This document shows, in pieces, positions 24,596-38,298 of a stretch of DNA of 64,000 bases. Origin of the DNA: Eledone cirrhosa (lineage: Eukaryota); assembly GCA_964016885.1 (NCBI GenBank), contig OZ024745.1:89776001-89840000 (forward strand). The letters run 5' to 3'. Positions within the stretch are counted from its first letter, which is position 1. Each line of letters begins with the position of its first letter. A program made the position numbers and the translations under genes. The notes beneath the pieces were generated by a model that did not search any database, was not told where the DNA came from, and saw only the letters and a list, made by a program, of their open reading frames with translations.

Positions 24596-24770
24596 TTAGA
24601 ATGATAGTGAATACAAGGTGCCGAAATTGGGTTCCTCCAAAGAGCCTTTAGAGTAACGTTACTCGATAGAGTGCCTAGCTCGGAAACGAGAGGGTCACTC
24701 TAGGTATAGCCGTTTCTTCTCAGAATTGAGAGATCAATGCTCCGACACGATGGGCATATGGTCTCGGTAA
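24596..24770 (+). mobile_element. RTE-clade LINE C-terminal fragment
   Basis: Translates to IQGAEIGFLQRAFRVTLLDRVPSSETRGSL*V*PFLLRIERSMLRHDGHM, matching the RTE post-RT pattern (E..fLR......DRvr..eIR......LrW.GH). Confidence 0.7.
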
Positions 24771-24873
24771 AGAATCGCTGTTAGTACAAACAAAGTGACT
24801 ATCCTCTTAGATCTATTCAAACAAATATAGCAAAACGCACACAAACATAGAAATCAAAGACGAAAGATAGAAA

Positions 24874-25445
24874 ATGAAGAACATATCGATTTTAAATAAA
24901 ATAGGAAAGAAAGCACAACTAGGAAAAGGAAAGAAATATAGTATAGCAGAAAATAAAATCGTTGAAACTAAAGAGTGTTTAAAACATCAAATACATGCAA
25001 AAGCACAAAGGACGCTGAGATTTGATAAACGCCAACAGTTTATTGAAGAAAACAATTTCATTTCAACCCAAAAGGATTCCACCATAAACTTAATAAAAGC
25101 AATATAACGATAAATGTAAAGCCCAAATTAAAACAAGTGGAAGTGTTCTGGGACTTGTGAGCAGCGCGGGAATCGCCACGTACAGGAATATTAAGAACAA
25201 CAATCACTGAACCTGAACAACTATAGAAAGACATCACAACAGATGCGTTGATGACGTTGTTATTGTTGTTGCTGATCATTACTATATTAATTGTATCTAA
25301 TATTGGAATACAAGTAATTACCTCAAGACACTCATCAAATATGAACTCTTCCATGCGTTAACACACTGAAAAAAGCAATCAAGTGGAAAGAACTGGTGCA
25401 TGACAAAATCACAAACTTCTAGTTAAAATATTTACCAGAGCCATA
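24874..25445 (+). mobile_element. Degraded R4/Dong-like non-LTR retrotransposon fragment (pre-RT region)
   Basis: ETKECLKHQIHAKAQRTLRFDKRQQFIEENN, then P....VEVFW, and later WK..(G).DKITNF*LKYLP. The pattern is recalled from RLE-type LINEs. Multiple frameshifts. Confidence 0.55.
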
Positions 25446-26079
25446 TGTTATTAGCCATTAAGTTTACAAAAGAAAAAGCAATGAGAGTACGTGATGATAG
25501 AGTGGAGACTTACATGTAAATATGTAAAAATGTTGAAATAACTATAGCAAAAATAAAATAACTAACAATAAAACCGAACAATAAAAAAATCCTCAATACG
25601 GAGAAGACTTCCGAGGGTTACGCTTGGTCAAACCCACAAAGAGCTGTGGTAAACCTGACCATTAATTTCTTTTATTGGCCAAAATACAAACGCGAAATAC
25701 ATAGAAAAAACATCAAACAAATCTGGATGGTGGAGATTACATTAAGAAAAACGTTATATTTAAGAACATCAATAAAGGCCCGTTTAAAAAAAAACCCAGA
25801 AATATATAGCCCAAAAGGGAGCTGAAACTTCACCGGGAGATTTGGTGCACCCTAAACAATTTCAAATTACCCTGGCACTTCGAATGCAATTCCTTCTCAC
25901 AAATTTTTCTTGCCAACCTACATCCACATAAGTAATGTAGACCCATGTAGCCACTCAATATTCGCCACTCTCACTCAAGTTTGATAACATTTACGAGAGA
26001 GTAACACTTTTCACCTCAAGTAGTATTTGAAGAAGTTAATATGGATTTCAAATTTTTCAACATAGCCATCCCCATCAAA

Positions 26080-26240
26080 GGCGACGGATTGGCAGAGTCG
26101 TTAGAATGTCGGATCTAATGTTTTAGGGCATTCGTTCCGGCTATCTGCTTTCTGAGTTCAAATCCCGCCAAGGTCAACTTTACCTTTCATCATTTTGAGG
26201 TCGATAAAAAAGTACCACTCTAGTAATGGGGTCGATTCTT
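26080..26240 (+). mobile_element. tRNA-derived SINE, related subfamily
   Basis: GGCGACGGATTGGCAGAGTCGTTAG head, GAGTTCAAATCCCGCC B-box, CCTTTCATC...GAGGTCGATAAAAAAGTACC core. Confidence 0.8.
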
Positions 26241-26569
26241 CCTCTATATCTCTTTATCATTTCCTCTTTCTCTGGAAGAAATCTGCTGTACTCGGGCCTG
26301 GAAAGAGATGGGGGTGCTTGGCCAACCTTAAAATACTCAAGAAACACCATGTATCCATACGGTGACCCTACGCCTCTATCAGGAGTTACGGTACAAAAGA
26401 AAAAAAAAAGAGAGAGAGAGAGAGAGACCCACCAATCAGAGAAATATTATACGCACCAATTGAAGTCGTGTGTTTCATGTTCAGCACAATAACAACAACG
26501 ATGTTGATGATGACTATGATGTGATAATAGTTACGTAACTTGTTCTGATGATAACGATAATGTTGAGAA

Positions 26570-26752
26570 TAATTGTTTCTACTTTTGGCACAAGGCCAGC
26601 AATAACCCAGTGCATTACTGGTACTTTATTTTATCGACCCCGTAAGGATGAAAGGCAAAGTTAAGCTCGGCGGGATTTGAACTCAGACCGTAAAGGGCCG
26701 CAACTCTATGATGCAAAGTATGACGTCCGACCTTCTACCTATACTGCCAATC
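26570..26752 (-). mobile_element. tRNA-derived SINE (family copy)
   Basis: Near full-length reverse-complement match to 38028-38215. Confidence 0.88.
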
Positions 26753-27833
26753 GGTGGCAGAACTGGTGTTGAAAATGTTCTAGTTCTCTTACATTAGCTG
26801 TTAATTTTTTCTGTCTTTGCTTCCTTCATTAAACACCTGAATACTAACAAAATGTGCTGTCAGCAGGAGGAACTTGTGTTATTAATGTCAGTTTACATTT
26901 AAATTTTTGATTATATGTCTAGCTATAACCATACCGACTTCATTTCAATTGAGAGCCCACCTCTGCAGGCAATGTGGTTATTATCACACCAATAGTGGTG
27001 CAATTCTCTAATTAATCTGTGTTTTTTATTTTTATATTTCAATAACGCATTATGCTTCCATATTTTCTAATTAATACCTTAATTATAAAATAAAATTAAT
27101 GAAAGGTTTCATAAAAAACATATATGATGGGTGTTCAGTTAGCAGATGTTTGAAAATGTGCACTGTATTTCTTTTGTGTTTGATAAATTTATAAAATAAG
27201 ATTGTAGATTTATGTTCAGAAATGTAAAGAAAATAAGAACATTTTAGATATTTGCGTTACGGATTACAGAAGACATTAGTTAATGAATGATATATAAAGT
27301 TAGAAATTATGAGACATGGTATGTTATTAATTGTAGACAATATATGCTGTTAGAGCTATGTTCATACAGAAATACAGGTACACATACGTGCACATACGTG
27401 CACATACGCACACAACACCCGCACATACGGGGACACACATACACGCGTATATATATATATATATATATATATAAGTCTGTGTGTGTGTGAATGTGTGCGC
27501 GTGTATATATGTATATACGTATGTGTGTATATATATTGATAATATAGCTGCTATAATAAAGTTCGTATACGATATTCTATTTGCAATCAATGGTGCAAGT
27601 ATCTAAGAATACATAAGTGCAAACTATGGTTGGTAGTCATATCTTCAGAGGAATATGCAAAACAGTGCTGAAGATTTCATTTAAGGATGTTTTCATAAAC
27701 TCAACTTCTACCAGACACACATATCTTTTACCGCTCACTGCTAGGTCGTGTTTCTGCATAAACACTCACACATACACACACACACACACACATACATACA
27801 CAAACACACACACTCACTCTCACACACACACAC

Positions 27834-27869
<36 letters not shown>

Positions 27870-27870
27870 C

Positions 27871-27965
<95 letters not shown>

Positions 27966-28202
27966 GCAAGAAGCAAAGAAAATTTCAGTGATACGAAAAG
28001 ATTTCCTGGTGGAAGTTCAGGTAAACCTCGGGTGTATATCCAGTTTCAGAGTGAAAATCAAATTTGAAAATCCAATGAATATTTCTTCTGATGGACTAGC
28101 GTCCGAAACCTTAAGACTCTCTTCCTGTTATTTTAAGCATTAACCTAATATATTCCTTCCATATACTGTACCGATTGTGTTGTTATTTCTGTTTACCTTT
28201 TC

Positions 28203-28254
<52 letters not shown>

Positions 28255-28266
28255 GATAAATCTACC

Positions 28267-28906
28267 AAGAGACGTAAAATAAGAAAATTATAAAATTAAC
28301 TTATTTACTAAAATATCACTTCCAACTAATTAGTTTCCGGAATGGATTAAATATATTTTCCGAAGAATAATATATAGAACCATTCCGTCGTCAGGAAAGT
28401 CTATTCTCATGTAAGTTTCCAGGCAAAGCAAGGACACTGGAAACTTATTAAAAAATAATTCAGTGGATAGGAAATAGCGAAGCGTGGACTGAATTCCAAG
28501 CCATTGAGAAAATCACTGCCTCTACGTCTGTGGCAAATTCAAAAAGAATCGAACACGTGACATCGAGGTCAATCAGTGGAAAGTGGTTTGCTAATAAGAC
28601 AGCGGCCTACCTACAACCGTAGCAGCAGTCATGGCCAATATTGCTCGACAAATAATTTGGAGATAATAATAAAGAATTCATATCTAGTAACATATATATA
28701 CATACAGTTGCAAATACATGTTAGCAAATATATAGGTTTTGTCTTAATAACAGTGTGGTTCAATGCATGGGGTTGCAGAACAATAATATAAGAGACGTAA
28801 AATAAGAAAATTATAAAATTAACTTATTTACTAAAATATCACTTCCAACTAATTAGTTTCTGGAATGGAGTAAATATATTTTCCGAAGAATAATATAGAG
28901 AAGCAT
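28267..28906 (-). mobile_element. Retrozyme-like family A copy 2; 523-bp monomer plus ~115 bp terminal redundancy
   Basis: AAGAGACGTAAAATAAGAAAATT... starts at both 28267 and 28790. Homologous to 4708-5299 but opened at a different point. Confidence 0.72.
28318..28400 (-). ncRNA. Type-I hammerhead ribozyme
   Basis: Minus strand: ACTTTC CTGACGA CGGAATGG [long loop] CCATTCCG GAAA C TAATTA G TT GGAAGT. 6-bp stem I, 8-bp stem II, palindromic stem III. Confidence 0.88.
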
Positions 28907-29006
28907 ATTTTACACTCTGTATAGCTCTACACATCATCACAGAAGTCAACCTAAACATCGAGTGCTCACCCGGGTTAACCTGCAGTAACTCCTAGTTACA
29001 CCCACT

Positions 29007-29101
<95 letters not shown>

Positions 29102-29202
29102 GATTTTGAGTTTATGTTGGTTGTATACCAACACCTCAGTATGCAGGCTGGAGCACTCGACGAAGTGCGCAGGTTGGTTTGGTTACTCCGGAGTAGTGTA
29201 AA

Positions 29203-29265
29203 ATAAAGTTAAATAAAAGTCAAATGATTAACGAAGCTAAATTTTAATCATTTGACTTTTATTTA

Positions 29266-29272
<7 letters not shown>
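29203..29272. repeat. 29-bp-arm hairpin made of the terminus also seen at 43680-43725
   Basis: ATAAAGTTAAATAAAAGTCAAATGATTAA ... TTAATCATTTGACTTTTATTTAACTTTAT, followed by (TA)n. Confidence 0.85.
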
Positions 29273-29352
<80 letters not shown>

Positions 29353-29404
29353 CATATTATACAGATACATACAATAGATATGGCTATACAATATATTGCA
29401 ATGT

Positions 29405-29436
<32 letters not shown>

Positions 29437-31316
29437 CCAGTACTGATAGAACTAACGCAACATATAACAGCATACACATTACACCTTTAGATCAAGTCAA
29501 ATATAATCTGTTGTTTCTCCAAAACATTTTTTTTTATTATTTCAAACAGTAATTTCAATTTATTCTAACTTTGATTCAATTCTTCGACATACTAATTTTA
29601 CTTAACATAATTTGGCTCAATAACTTCAAATTTCTTCGACACAGAGGTTAGCAGTTTGTCAAGAATATATTTTTCCTTGATTATCTTTGCAATCGAAGTC
29701 ATTTCAATTAATTTTGATCCCTATTAGACGTATTTATTTCATTCAATCTTTCTACCGACTAAACATACATAACTTACCCATAACTTTACGATAATATACA
29801 CTCATATACATACACATATATGTACACATATATATATATGCACACTGCACACACACACACACCTACGCACACACACATATGATATATAAATTTATATGTA
29901 TATGTACGTAAGTATGTATATATGCACGTATACATACACAAGTATACATACACGTATGTGTGTATGCATTATATATTCGTATTACTTTGTTTTAATTTAA
30001 ATTTTCTTTCATACACAAAACTGAACGAAGAATACATATTAGGCTTCCATTATCTTCTACATTACTTGTTATCTTTTCCTGAGAGTTTTGCTTTAATATT
30101 GCCATGGAAACTATTTACACGTTTCATAGAATAAAATGTTCCTCATTCTATATCTAATATTTTTCTATATCCCCCTATGCCTTTTTCTTAACGATATTCA
30201 ACAGCCAACTAAAGTAGTTTTCCTCATACTCATACAATTGATAGCTTAAATCGTTGCAGTGCCATCTTAGTGATTAAAGAATAAACTGAATCTGTCGTAG
30301 TCATTTTCTTTTTTTTCTTCAAATGTTAAAATTTTCCTTACACATTTACGAATTTGTCCTAACACAATTCCATTGTGCAGTTGTGCTAGGGTTAGCGTTA
30401 GGGTTAGAGTTGTGTTAATGTTTAGGTTATCGATGCGCGTCAAAAGTTTGGACACCTCAATGAAAAGGAGAAAAGTGAAAATCACGGATATTGTGTGTTT
30501 TTAAATGGCTGAGATGACTTTGTCATTTTGTCTTGACTTCATTTTCAATATACATTACGGATCAAGACACTTGTGAAAAAAGTACAACTGCCTCATAAAT
30601 ACGTCTTTTATTTCACCCAAAGACTCTCCTTCCATTGGTAGGTTAATAAGTGCATGTTATTTTAAATCTTTGTTAAATATTCGCTGATTGAGGTTTTAAT
30701 ACTTTTATATACTAATTATTCAACTAATAAGTTTTACTCTAAAAATTAATGAATTGTGATAACTTTTCCTTTCATTTTCTGATGTAGACAGATGTTATGA
30801 GCAGAGAAAAAATTGTTATTACTATGTTTAGATATTTTCAGCATATCTAGGAATGATATTTTTAGCCGTCTGGTGAGTATAGGCATCGCCGATGACCTTT
30901 TATAAGACTTCTGAGACAAGTTGGAAAGAGGAAAAAGGAAAGACATGCCACGGTTTCTTGCAGTAGAAAGATGTGCTTCAAAGTATCAAGTTATCTTCCT
31001 ACTTCGTGCTTGACTAAAATACTTGCAGCATGAATGAAGGTGGTAACGATAGACCGGGCAACGGATGAAGTCCATTACACAAAAATAATGTTCATCCAAT
31101 TAACTTACACACTGATAACATTTACCGAATTTCCATGAAATTATTTTTAATCAATTCGAAATTGTGGTAAAATACATTTTCCCAAATCACCGGAACCGGA
31201 AATCACGTGATTTTAAATCTAATTTATTAGTCAAGTAATTTATCTATCGCTGCCTTAGGTTGTGTGATAAGATGTCAATATGTTGTTATTGAATTTGGAT
31301 GTGGCAGATGCTAAAT

Positions 31317-31490
31317 AATTGTTTCCACTTTTGGGACAAGGCCAGAAATTTACCAGTACATTATCGACCCTTAAGGATGAAAGGCAAAGTTGACCTCGGT
31401 AGGATTTGAACTCAGATTGGAAAGGGCCGTAACTCTATGCGTCAAAGCATGGTGTCCGACCCTCTATCGATACTGCCAATCCACTGCCAA
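31317..31490 (-). mobile_element. tRNA-derived SINE (family copy with an internal deletion)
   Basis: Same head, core and tail as the other copies. Confidence 0.85.
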
Positions 31491-34400
31491 ACTGATAGAT
31501 TGAAGTAGATGTATATATAGTTTAGTAAATGTAATTTGATAGTATCACATTATCATATTAGTAATATAATAAGATAAATAAAGATTTTATAAATGTAATT
31601 ATTTAATGTGCATAATTTTCTATACTATACTATTACATATAGTATTGTGGAATATATGTTAATATTTAATATGTATAATTTTATATAATTTTATATACTA
31701 TACTACAACATAACTTATAGTAGGATATATATGTAAGTAATTCTATATACAATAATATATTGTATTGTAGGATATATTGGAGGTGTAATTATTGTAATAG
31801 ATTTTGGTTAATATATAGGATGTAAATATACATTATAAGTACTTTAATATATCCCAAATCAGCCCTGATCATAAAGATTATGGTCAATGGTATTCAAGCT
31901 ATGATTACCCAATCTTGAATCTATAATTCCCACTATACCCTTGACTATATTACCCAATATTTATTTCTAAACAAAATAGTTTCGGGTAGATTTGGCTGTT
32001 ATTTCTAGCTAGTCAAGTAACAACAAAGAGTCCATCGTCGGTTCATTATGTAAACATTATGTAAACCAATGAATGTTGTTTAACATTGCAACTGAAATTT
32101 AATTCAGTTATAAGTATAATTTGATATTATAAATACAGTTGCAACTAACATTTTGGCTGAATAATTATATATTGTAGACGTTATGTAATTGAATATATGT
32201 TATATTACATATGGTTTCGATATATGAAGCTTGTGGGTCTATGTAAAAGATATATGGTGTGCATAGTTTGACATTATATATACAGATATAATTAATATGC
32301 TGGGTGAATAATTTATATATTGAGAAGGTCATTATGTAATTGAATATATGGTATATTATACATGTTTTCTATATATGAAGCTTGTGAGTCTATACAGAAG
32401 ATATGTGGTGTGTGTAGAGATAGTTGTAGTGCAATAGACAATAAATATTAAGACTGAATAAAATCGACATTATAATTACTATAGATTCATCTTTCGATTG
32501 AAAATATTGGTCAGTTATATGACTTCTTTCTCCTACATCAACATCAAGTAGACAGCTGACGTCCAGAGCAGTGAAATACAGCAAGCTTTGATTTGATGGT
32601 TCGAATCAATAATATCAAGTCGGTTGTGTTTTTAATTTGGTTGCTGCTTTCAGTTTTTAGTTCAACCAATATTCTTTTGATCCATCAGCAGTATGGCGTT
32701 CATGTTTAATAGCTGATATTTTTTTCTTTCCTATTCCATTGCATATTGCTCTGGTTATCACAGTATAAGGAAATATCTAGAGGACATACTTTCACAGATA
32801 GCTATAAGTTGACTAATATCTTCAGATTGAGTTTTTCATAATTGCGTAAGTTGTTGTCAGTTAATACTTTTTGCTCTTTGTGTAGACAGAGTATTCCTTA
32901 TATGTGGATTAGATGTAGATAACCACCGAAGTAAGATATAAATGTATCGGTACACCATGCCAAAAGTTTAGTATGGTTTATTCCGTGTATGATCTGCTTT
33001 TCGTTTCAAGTACCTATGTACAACTTTCAATGAACTGGTCTCTATTTTTCTTGTGTTATATAAAAAGAACTACGATTTTTCCAGTTATCCTTGGAGAGAA
33101 ATCCATATCAGCTTTTATTTCATGCTTGCCTTCAAATTCATCGCTATCTAAAAGACCCTTTTACTTATATAATTGCAAAAACGATAGTTTGACGAGCTCT
33201 TTTTCTGTGTTAGAAATGGTATTTCAGTGATAAACGTTTGGTCTTATAAATTGTTAATACAGTCGCAGGTTCCACAGAAGTATGTCTGACTATTGAGATT
33301 ACATTATAACTATTCACTATTTTCTCATATCTCTTTTATCATGTAATTATTTCCATAATAACACAGCAAAATTAATGCTTTAGGTCTTTTTTCTTTTCAT
33401 TTTTTTCTCTCGTGTCTTCTTTGTTTTGTAAACCAGAAACTGCGGTTCATTATCTAATTTCATTCTAGATTTCCTTAGATAGTTGATTTTTAATATCTAA
33501 TATAGCCAGGCTTGGTGATGACTATGAAATATTAAGATAATATCATATCATATGCAGTGAACAATATTTCTCAGTCAGTTCAACAACTGCAATTGTCTTT
33601 CATTTCCACAGAGTATACCTGAGGATCCAGACTCTAAACAATCGAAAACTGCTTTTTGTCTTTAATAATTTTCTCCAAATAACCACATTTCGCATCCATA
33701 AATCCTCGCATAAAGGTTCTCGAAACATTTGTCTCTTTATCATCTCTGTATCCAAGAACTTAGCTTACCAACACGGCACATAGTACAATATTAATATGTT
33801 TATATTTTCAAAACATTGCATTGATAAATAAATAATTAATGACTTGCATGTTGAGGATTGAATGAGTCATTTAATACACTTTGGACAAATTCCGTATATT
33901 GAAGGAACCATATAAAGCTTTACTCATATATATATAAGCAAAAGAAATTGAAATGGCAACTGGAGTCTTTTAAGAATATTTATTTATTTACTTTATCGGT
34001 TTCGCAGTTCTTGTGCTTTCCAAAAGTGAAAAGATGACTGCCACGTGAATAAGTACATCAAATTTCGCACTAGTTCGTGTTCGAAGGGTTTTTTATTGTA
34101 TTTGCCATTTTAATTGTTGGTCACAGTCCCATGATTGGCCATATAGTATAGGTGCCAGAAAAGGATGGTTTGTCATATAAAGTTTTGAGCCAAACAAAAG
34201 ATAATGGTCAAGAAATGGGAGGGGGAGAAATAGTTCTGATTCTGTGAGTATGGCTGATGTCGTGCTGAGGTGTCAAAATTAAGACTTTCTATTGAAATAA
34301 ATTGAATATTTGTGTCGATAGTGGTGGCGGCGCAATGGTGATGGCAGAGTAGAAAAGAGAAATATATGTTTTTAGTGTGTGCGTGTGCGGTTAAGTGTGT

Positions 34401-34530
34401 GTGTATGTAATGCGGTTTATTGTCTAGTTAATAGAAATAAAATTGATTCCATGTATATATATGATTGAGTACGCTGAGATACAACCTGTCCTGGCATTGA
34501 TAAATATGCTGGGTCCGTCAACTCCTTATG

Positions 34531-34570
<40 letters not shown>

Positions 34571-35036
34571 AACAACGAACAGCAGAGGACACGTTTCGCA
34601 CCTTTCCGACAGTCACCCCCCTCCTTCGGAAAAAACCCAGTTGATGGATGTGAATCCGAAATATAAGGGGACAATTAAATCTCTCCCAAGGTAACTCTTT
34701 CTCGTGTTGTTATTTTTTATTTTATCCTTTACGCTCTTTCCTTCATTCTCTACACGTTACAGTCTTATACACGCCACTTACATCTCTCTCTCTCCACCAC
34801 CGTACACCCACTTACATCTCTCTCTCAACGTACACCCACTTACACCTCCTACATCTGGATCTTGTTACCCGGAGATTTACCCATCTGCATTGTCGAGGCT
34901 TCCAAAGGACTTAAAGAAATTTACCTTATTATTCCACAATGCTTCAAGCAAACTTCAATACTCTCATATATATATATATAATACTATTTATAGTTATGTA
35001 TATAGTATAAACAACTATAATCAGGAAGGTCAGTAA

Positions 35037-35420
35037 TTTCCTACTACATTATTACCAGTAAGAGAAATAGCTCAATGTATGAACATCAGTTGTTTTACAG
35101 AGCAGAAAAATAAATAAATTATACAACTATCAAAGTTGTGTTCAAATCATTTAATAGCTGACAATCGTTTCTTCCAAACTCTCATTTGGGATCATCGGAG
35201 CATTATCAATGTCTGTATATGTAATTAACCTCCTATTCAACTGAACAATAATATAGATACATATATATTGATGTTGTGAGCAACAGTTTCGTATTTACAG
35301 GGTGGAATGGATGTGACATATATTTTACGATAATTGTACAAAAATTCAAATTAAAATTAAAATTCAAATTAAAAGCACAGAGTGGAATACATGCAACAGA
35401 TAATACAAGAGAATAGTCCA
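35037..35420 (-). mobile_element. Diverged copy of the PLE-like 3' region found at 43865-44250
   Basis: Shares TTATTACCAGTAAGA.AAATAGCTCAATGTA, TCAGTTGTT.TACAGAGCAGA and the HHR-like motif. Confidence 0.65.
35157..35201 (-). ncRNA. Minimal hammerhead-like motif with CCGANGA core
   Basis: Minus strand: GCT CCGATGA TCCCAAA tgagag TTTGGAA GAAA C GATT G TC AGC. Confidence 0.6.
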
Positions 35421-35586
35421 ATAATTAAAGAGGTACTGTGAATGGAGCTTTGAAAAAGAAAAAGTTCATTGGCAATACATATGCAGGTGTGTAAAAAGTG
35501 CTCATACGTTAGACATATATATGAGAAGGAAATAAGCAAAGTTATGCATATGTAGATAAATACATCCTGTATTTTATGCAAGGTAT

Positions 35587-35629
35587 ACGATGCTGACGAT
35601 AGCTAATAAGCTTGAAACTAGTACATCGT
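35587..35629 (+). ncRNA. Minimal type-I hammerhead ribozyme
   Basis: ACGATG CTGACGA T AGCT aata AGCT T GAAA C TA G TA CATCGT. 6-bp stem I, palindromic ACTAGT at stem III, GUA cleavage triplet. Confidence 0.88.
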
Positions 35630-36032
35630 TCCTGTGTCAGTGTTGAACAAAAAGGTGACGTGGTTGCTTAAACACTGTACGGCGTAATTCGGGCTGTTTG
35701 TTTGTTTACAAACAAACAAACCGTGCATTATAATAAATGTTCGGTAAACCGATACGTGCATATATATATGTGTGCATGTATGTATATATATACATACTAC
35801 TGTACGTCTGTATACATATATATATGTACGTATACATACATACATACTTACATTTAAGTAAGTGCCGTACTAAGAGTGAGAAATGCAATTTCGTTTCATT
35901 CTATTCCATTTATCGTTTTCGGTGTGTCCGGCCGACTGAACTCACTCAATATGCAAATTAGGCTGCTCAGCCGTTAATATGCATAAGGAAAGTATATACT
36001 TTCAGACGTTCAACCATCTGGCAGGAAGGTAT

Positions 36033-36075
36033 ACGATGCTGACGATAGCTAATAAGCTTGAAACTAGTACATCGT
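36033..36075 (+). ncRNA. Minimal type-I hammerhead ribozyme (second tandem copy)
   Basis: Identical to 35587-35629. Confidence 0.88.
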
Positions 36076-36354
36076 TCCTGTGTAAGTGTTGAACAAAAAG
36101 GTGACGTGGTTGCCTAAACACTGTACGGCGTAATTCGGGCTGTTTGTTTACAAACAAACAAACGGAGCATTATAATAAATGTTCGGTAAACCGAAACGTG
36201 CATATATATATATATGCGTGCATGTATGTATATATATACATACTACTGTACGTCTGTATACATATATGTATGTACATACACATACATACTTACATTTAAG
36301 TAAGTGCCGTATTAAGAGAAATGAAATTTCGTTTCATTCTATTCCATTTAATAG

Positions 36355-36399
<45 letters not shown>

Positions 36400-36553
36400 T
36401 ATAATAAGGAGTTGACGGACCTACCATATTTATCAATGCCAGGACCGGTTGTAACTCAGCGTACTCAATAGGTAATGTAAGATAAATTCCCAGAGTATAC
36501 ACATAGTTATTCGCTTCAATACAACACACGTAAAACGGATGCCTATAATAGTT

Positions 36554-36664
36554 CCCGGACTCGAGTTTCGGCCACAGTTAATGCAGCAGTAGGGTGCACT
36601 GCACCCTCTGTCTGCATATATTATGCAATAATGCATAATCGGCGTATGTGGCTTCATCAGCGGG
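36554..36664 (-). ncRNA. Type-I hammerhead ribozyme with branched stem II insertion
   Basis: Minus strand: CCCG CTGATGA A GCCACA [two internal hairpins] TGTGGC C GAAA C TCGA G TC CGGG. Canonical GUC site, palindromic stem III. Confidence 0.85.
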
Positions 36665-37441
36665 TATCGCCTAATCAATAACCAATCGATCGACAGAATC
36701 AAAACCCCAGCTCATGCCGGTCATCACTGTTTGTGACGGCCGATACAGTAAAGTGATTAGCAACTGGAATCCGATACAATTCTGTCTCTCTATCAGCCAC
36801 CGATTTACAAACTTTACGTGGTGGCGGGAGAATAGAAAACAAATATTTTAGTTCCCGTCAAAAGCTTTCAGCCAACATGTCTCAATTAATAAGGTAGTGA
36901 AAAGATGGTTATTAGAAAGAGCAGTCCCACATCGATGTATAATAGAATGGTATCATTCAGCTCATGTCTCCAAGTCCTAGAGGAAAGCGATAGTAACAAT
37001 GGTAGTGCCGCGGAACATTTAACGGACATTAAATGCCAGTATCTATTATACAGCGATATAGTAGCGTGCTGGATTGCGGCAGCCACGTGCGTAAACCAGT
37101 CTATTTCACAACTTACCAATAATAACTAAATGTGTGTTAGTACGTTGAACCTTCCCACTCGCTCGGTGATTTCACGGGACTTGCATTTCCGAAGTGCCAG
37201 TTCGTGATTCAAAGCGCACACATTTAGTTATTAGTGGTAAGTTCGGGATTATGTGCGGATATTAAACAATTCAGCCCAGACCAAACGAAATCGTTGGTTT
37301 CTTCTCCGTATCCTGTACACTGTAGTGCAATATTTGCACCCAGTACACAGAAGCCACGCATTGCATCCATAATCTGGAAGGAGCGGATGCAATCAGGAAC
37401 AACACAGAGATTTGGATAATATATATATATATTCATATGAT

Positions 37442-37483
<42 letters not shown>

Positions 37484-38027
37484 CGCGTGTATGTGTGTAT
37501 GTGTGTGTGTGTCTGTGTATGTGTGTGTGTTTATGTATATGAATATGTAGCAATACCCGTAGGTGTGAAACGGTGTGAGCAGAAATATTATATTATTTAT
37601 TTATGTTCATACACGGAACAAAAGTACTACCCAAGGTCTCAAGGCCCAATATTGACTATCCCTCCAGAATACATGAGGCATCAAAATTGTGGCGTTTATA
37701 TGAGTATGATCAATATTGGGCCTTGGAAGCTTGGGTAGCCCTTTTTTTCTGTGTATGAACATAAATAAATGTGCTATCAATATAAGCAGGCAGTTCCCGA
37801 ATCGAATTTTCTATTTTCTATCTTCTATTTTTTTTCTATCTCCTATCTCCCATGTTGGGTTCAACGTAATCCTGTTATATAATTCTGTAAATAACACCTG
37901 ATGAAATCGCTTAGCCTTGCATCACAATCAGATGATAGAGCTGCGCCGTCAAAATATGTATGGTATTGCTTTCGCGGAATTAAAATTCTAAAGTAAATTT
38001 TCCACTCCGGCTTTCTGTTGTTATTTT

Positions 38028-38215
38028 AAGGATTGGCAGTATCGGTAGAAGGTCGGGCGCCGTGCTTTGCAGTATAGAGTTGCGGTCCTTTACGGTCTGA
38101 GTTCAAATCCAGCCGAGGTTAACCTTGCTTTTCATCCATACGGAATCGATAAAATAAAGTACCAGTAATGCACTGGGGTAATTGCTGGCCTTGTGCCAAA
38201 AGAAGAAACAGTTCT
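38028..38215 (+). mobile_element. tRNA-derived SINE with MetaSINE-like central core
   Basis: Pol III A-box-like TGGCAGTATCGG, B-box GAGTTCAAATCC, core CTTTTCATCC...TCGATAAAATAAAGTACCAG, tail GGCCTTGTGCCAAAAG. At least nine related copies in the window. The MetaSINE assignment is from recall. Confidence 0.85.
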
Positions 38216-38219
38216 TTTA

Positions 38220-38298
<79 letters not shown>

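Larger units (their letters stand above)
35580..36349 (+). mobile_element. Retrozyme-like family B: ~1.7 tandem copies of a 446-bp ORF-less monomer, each with a hammerhead
   Basis: AAGGTATACGATGCTGACGATAGC... at both 35580 and 36026, with identical HHRs 446 bp apart. Ends in (TA)n. Confidence 0.8.

Noticed and set aside
30385-30410. Telomeric TTAGGG repeat
   Set aside because: Only about three imperfect units, not an array.
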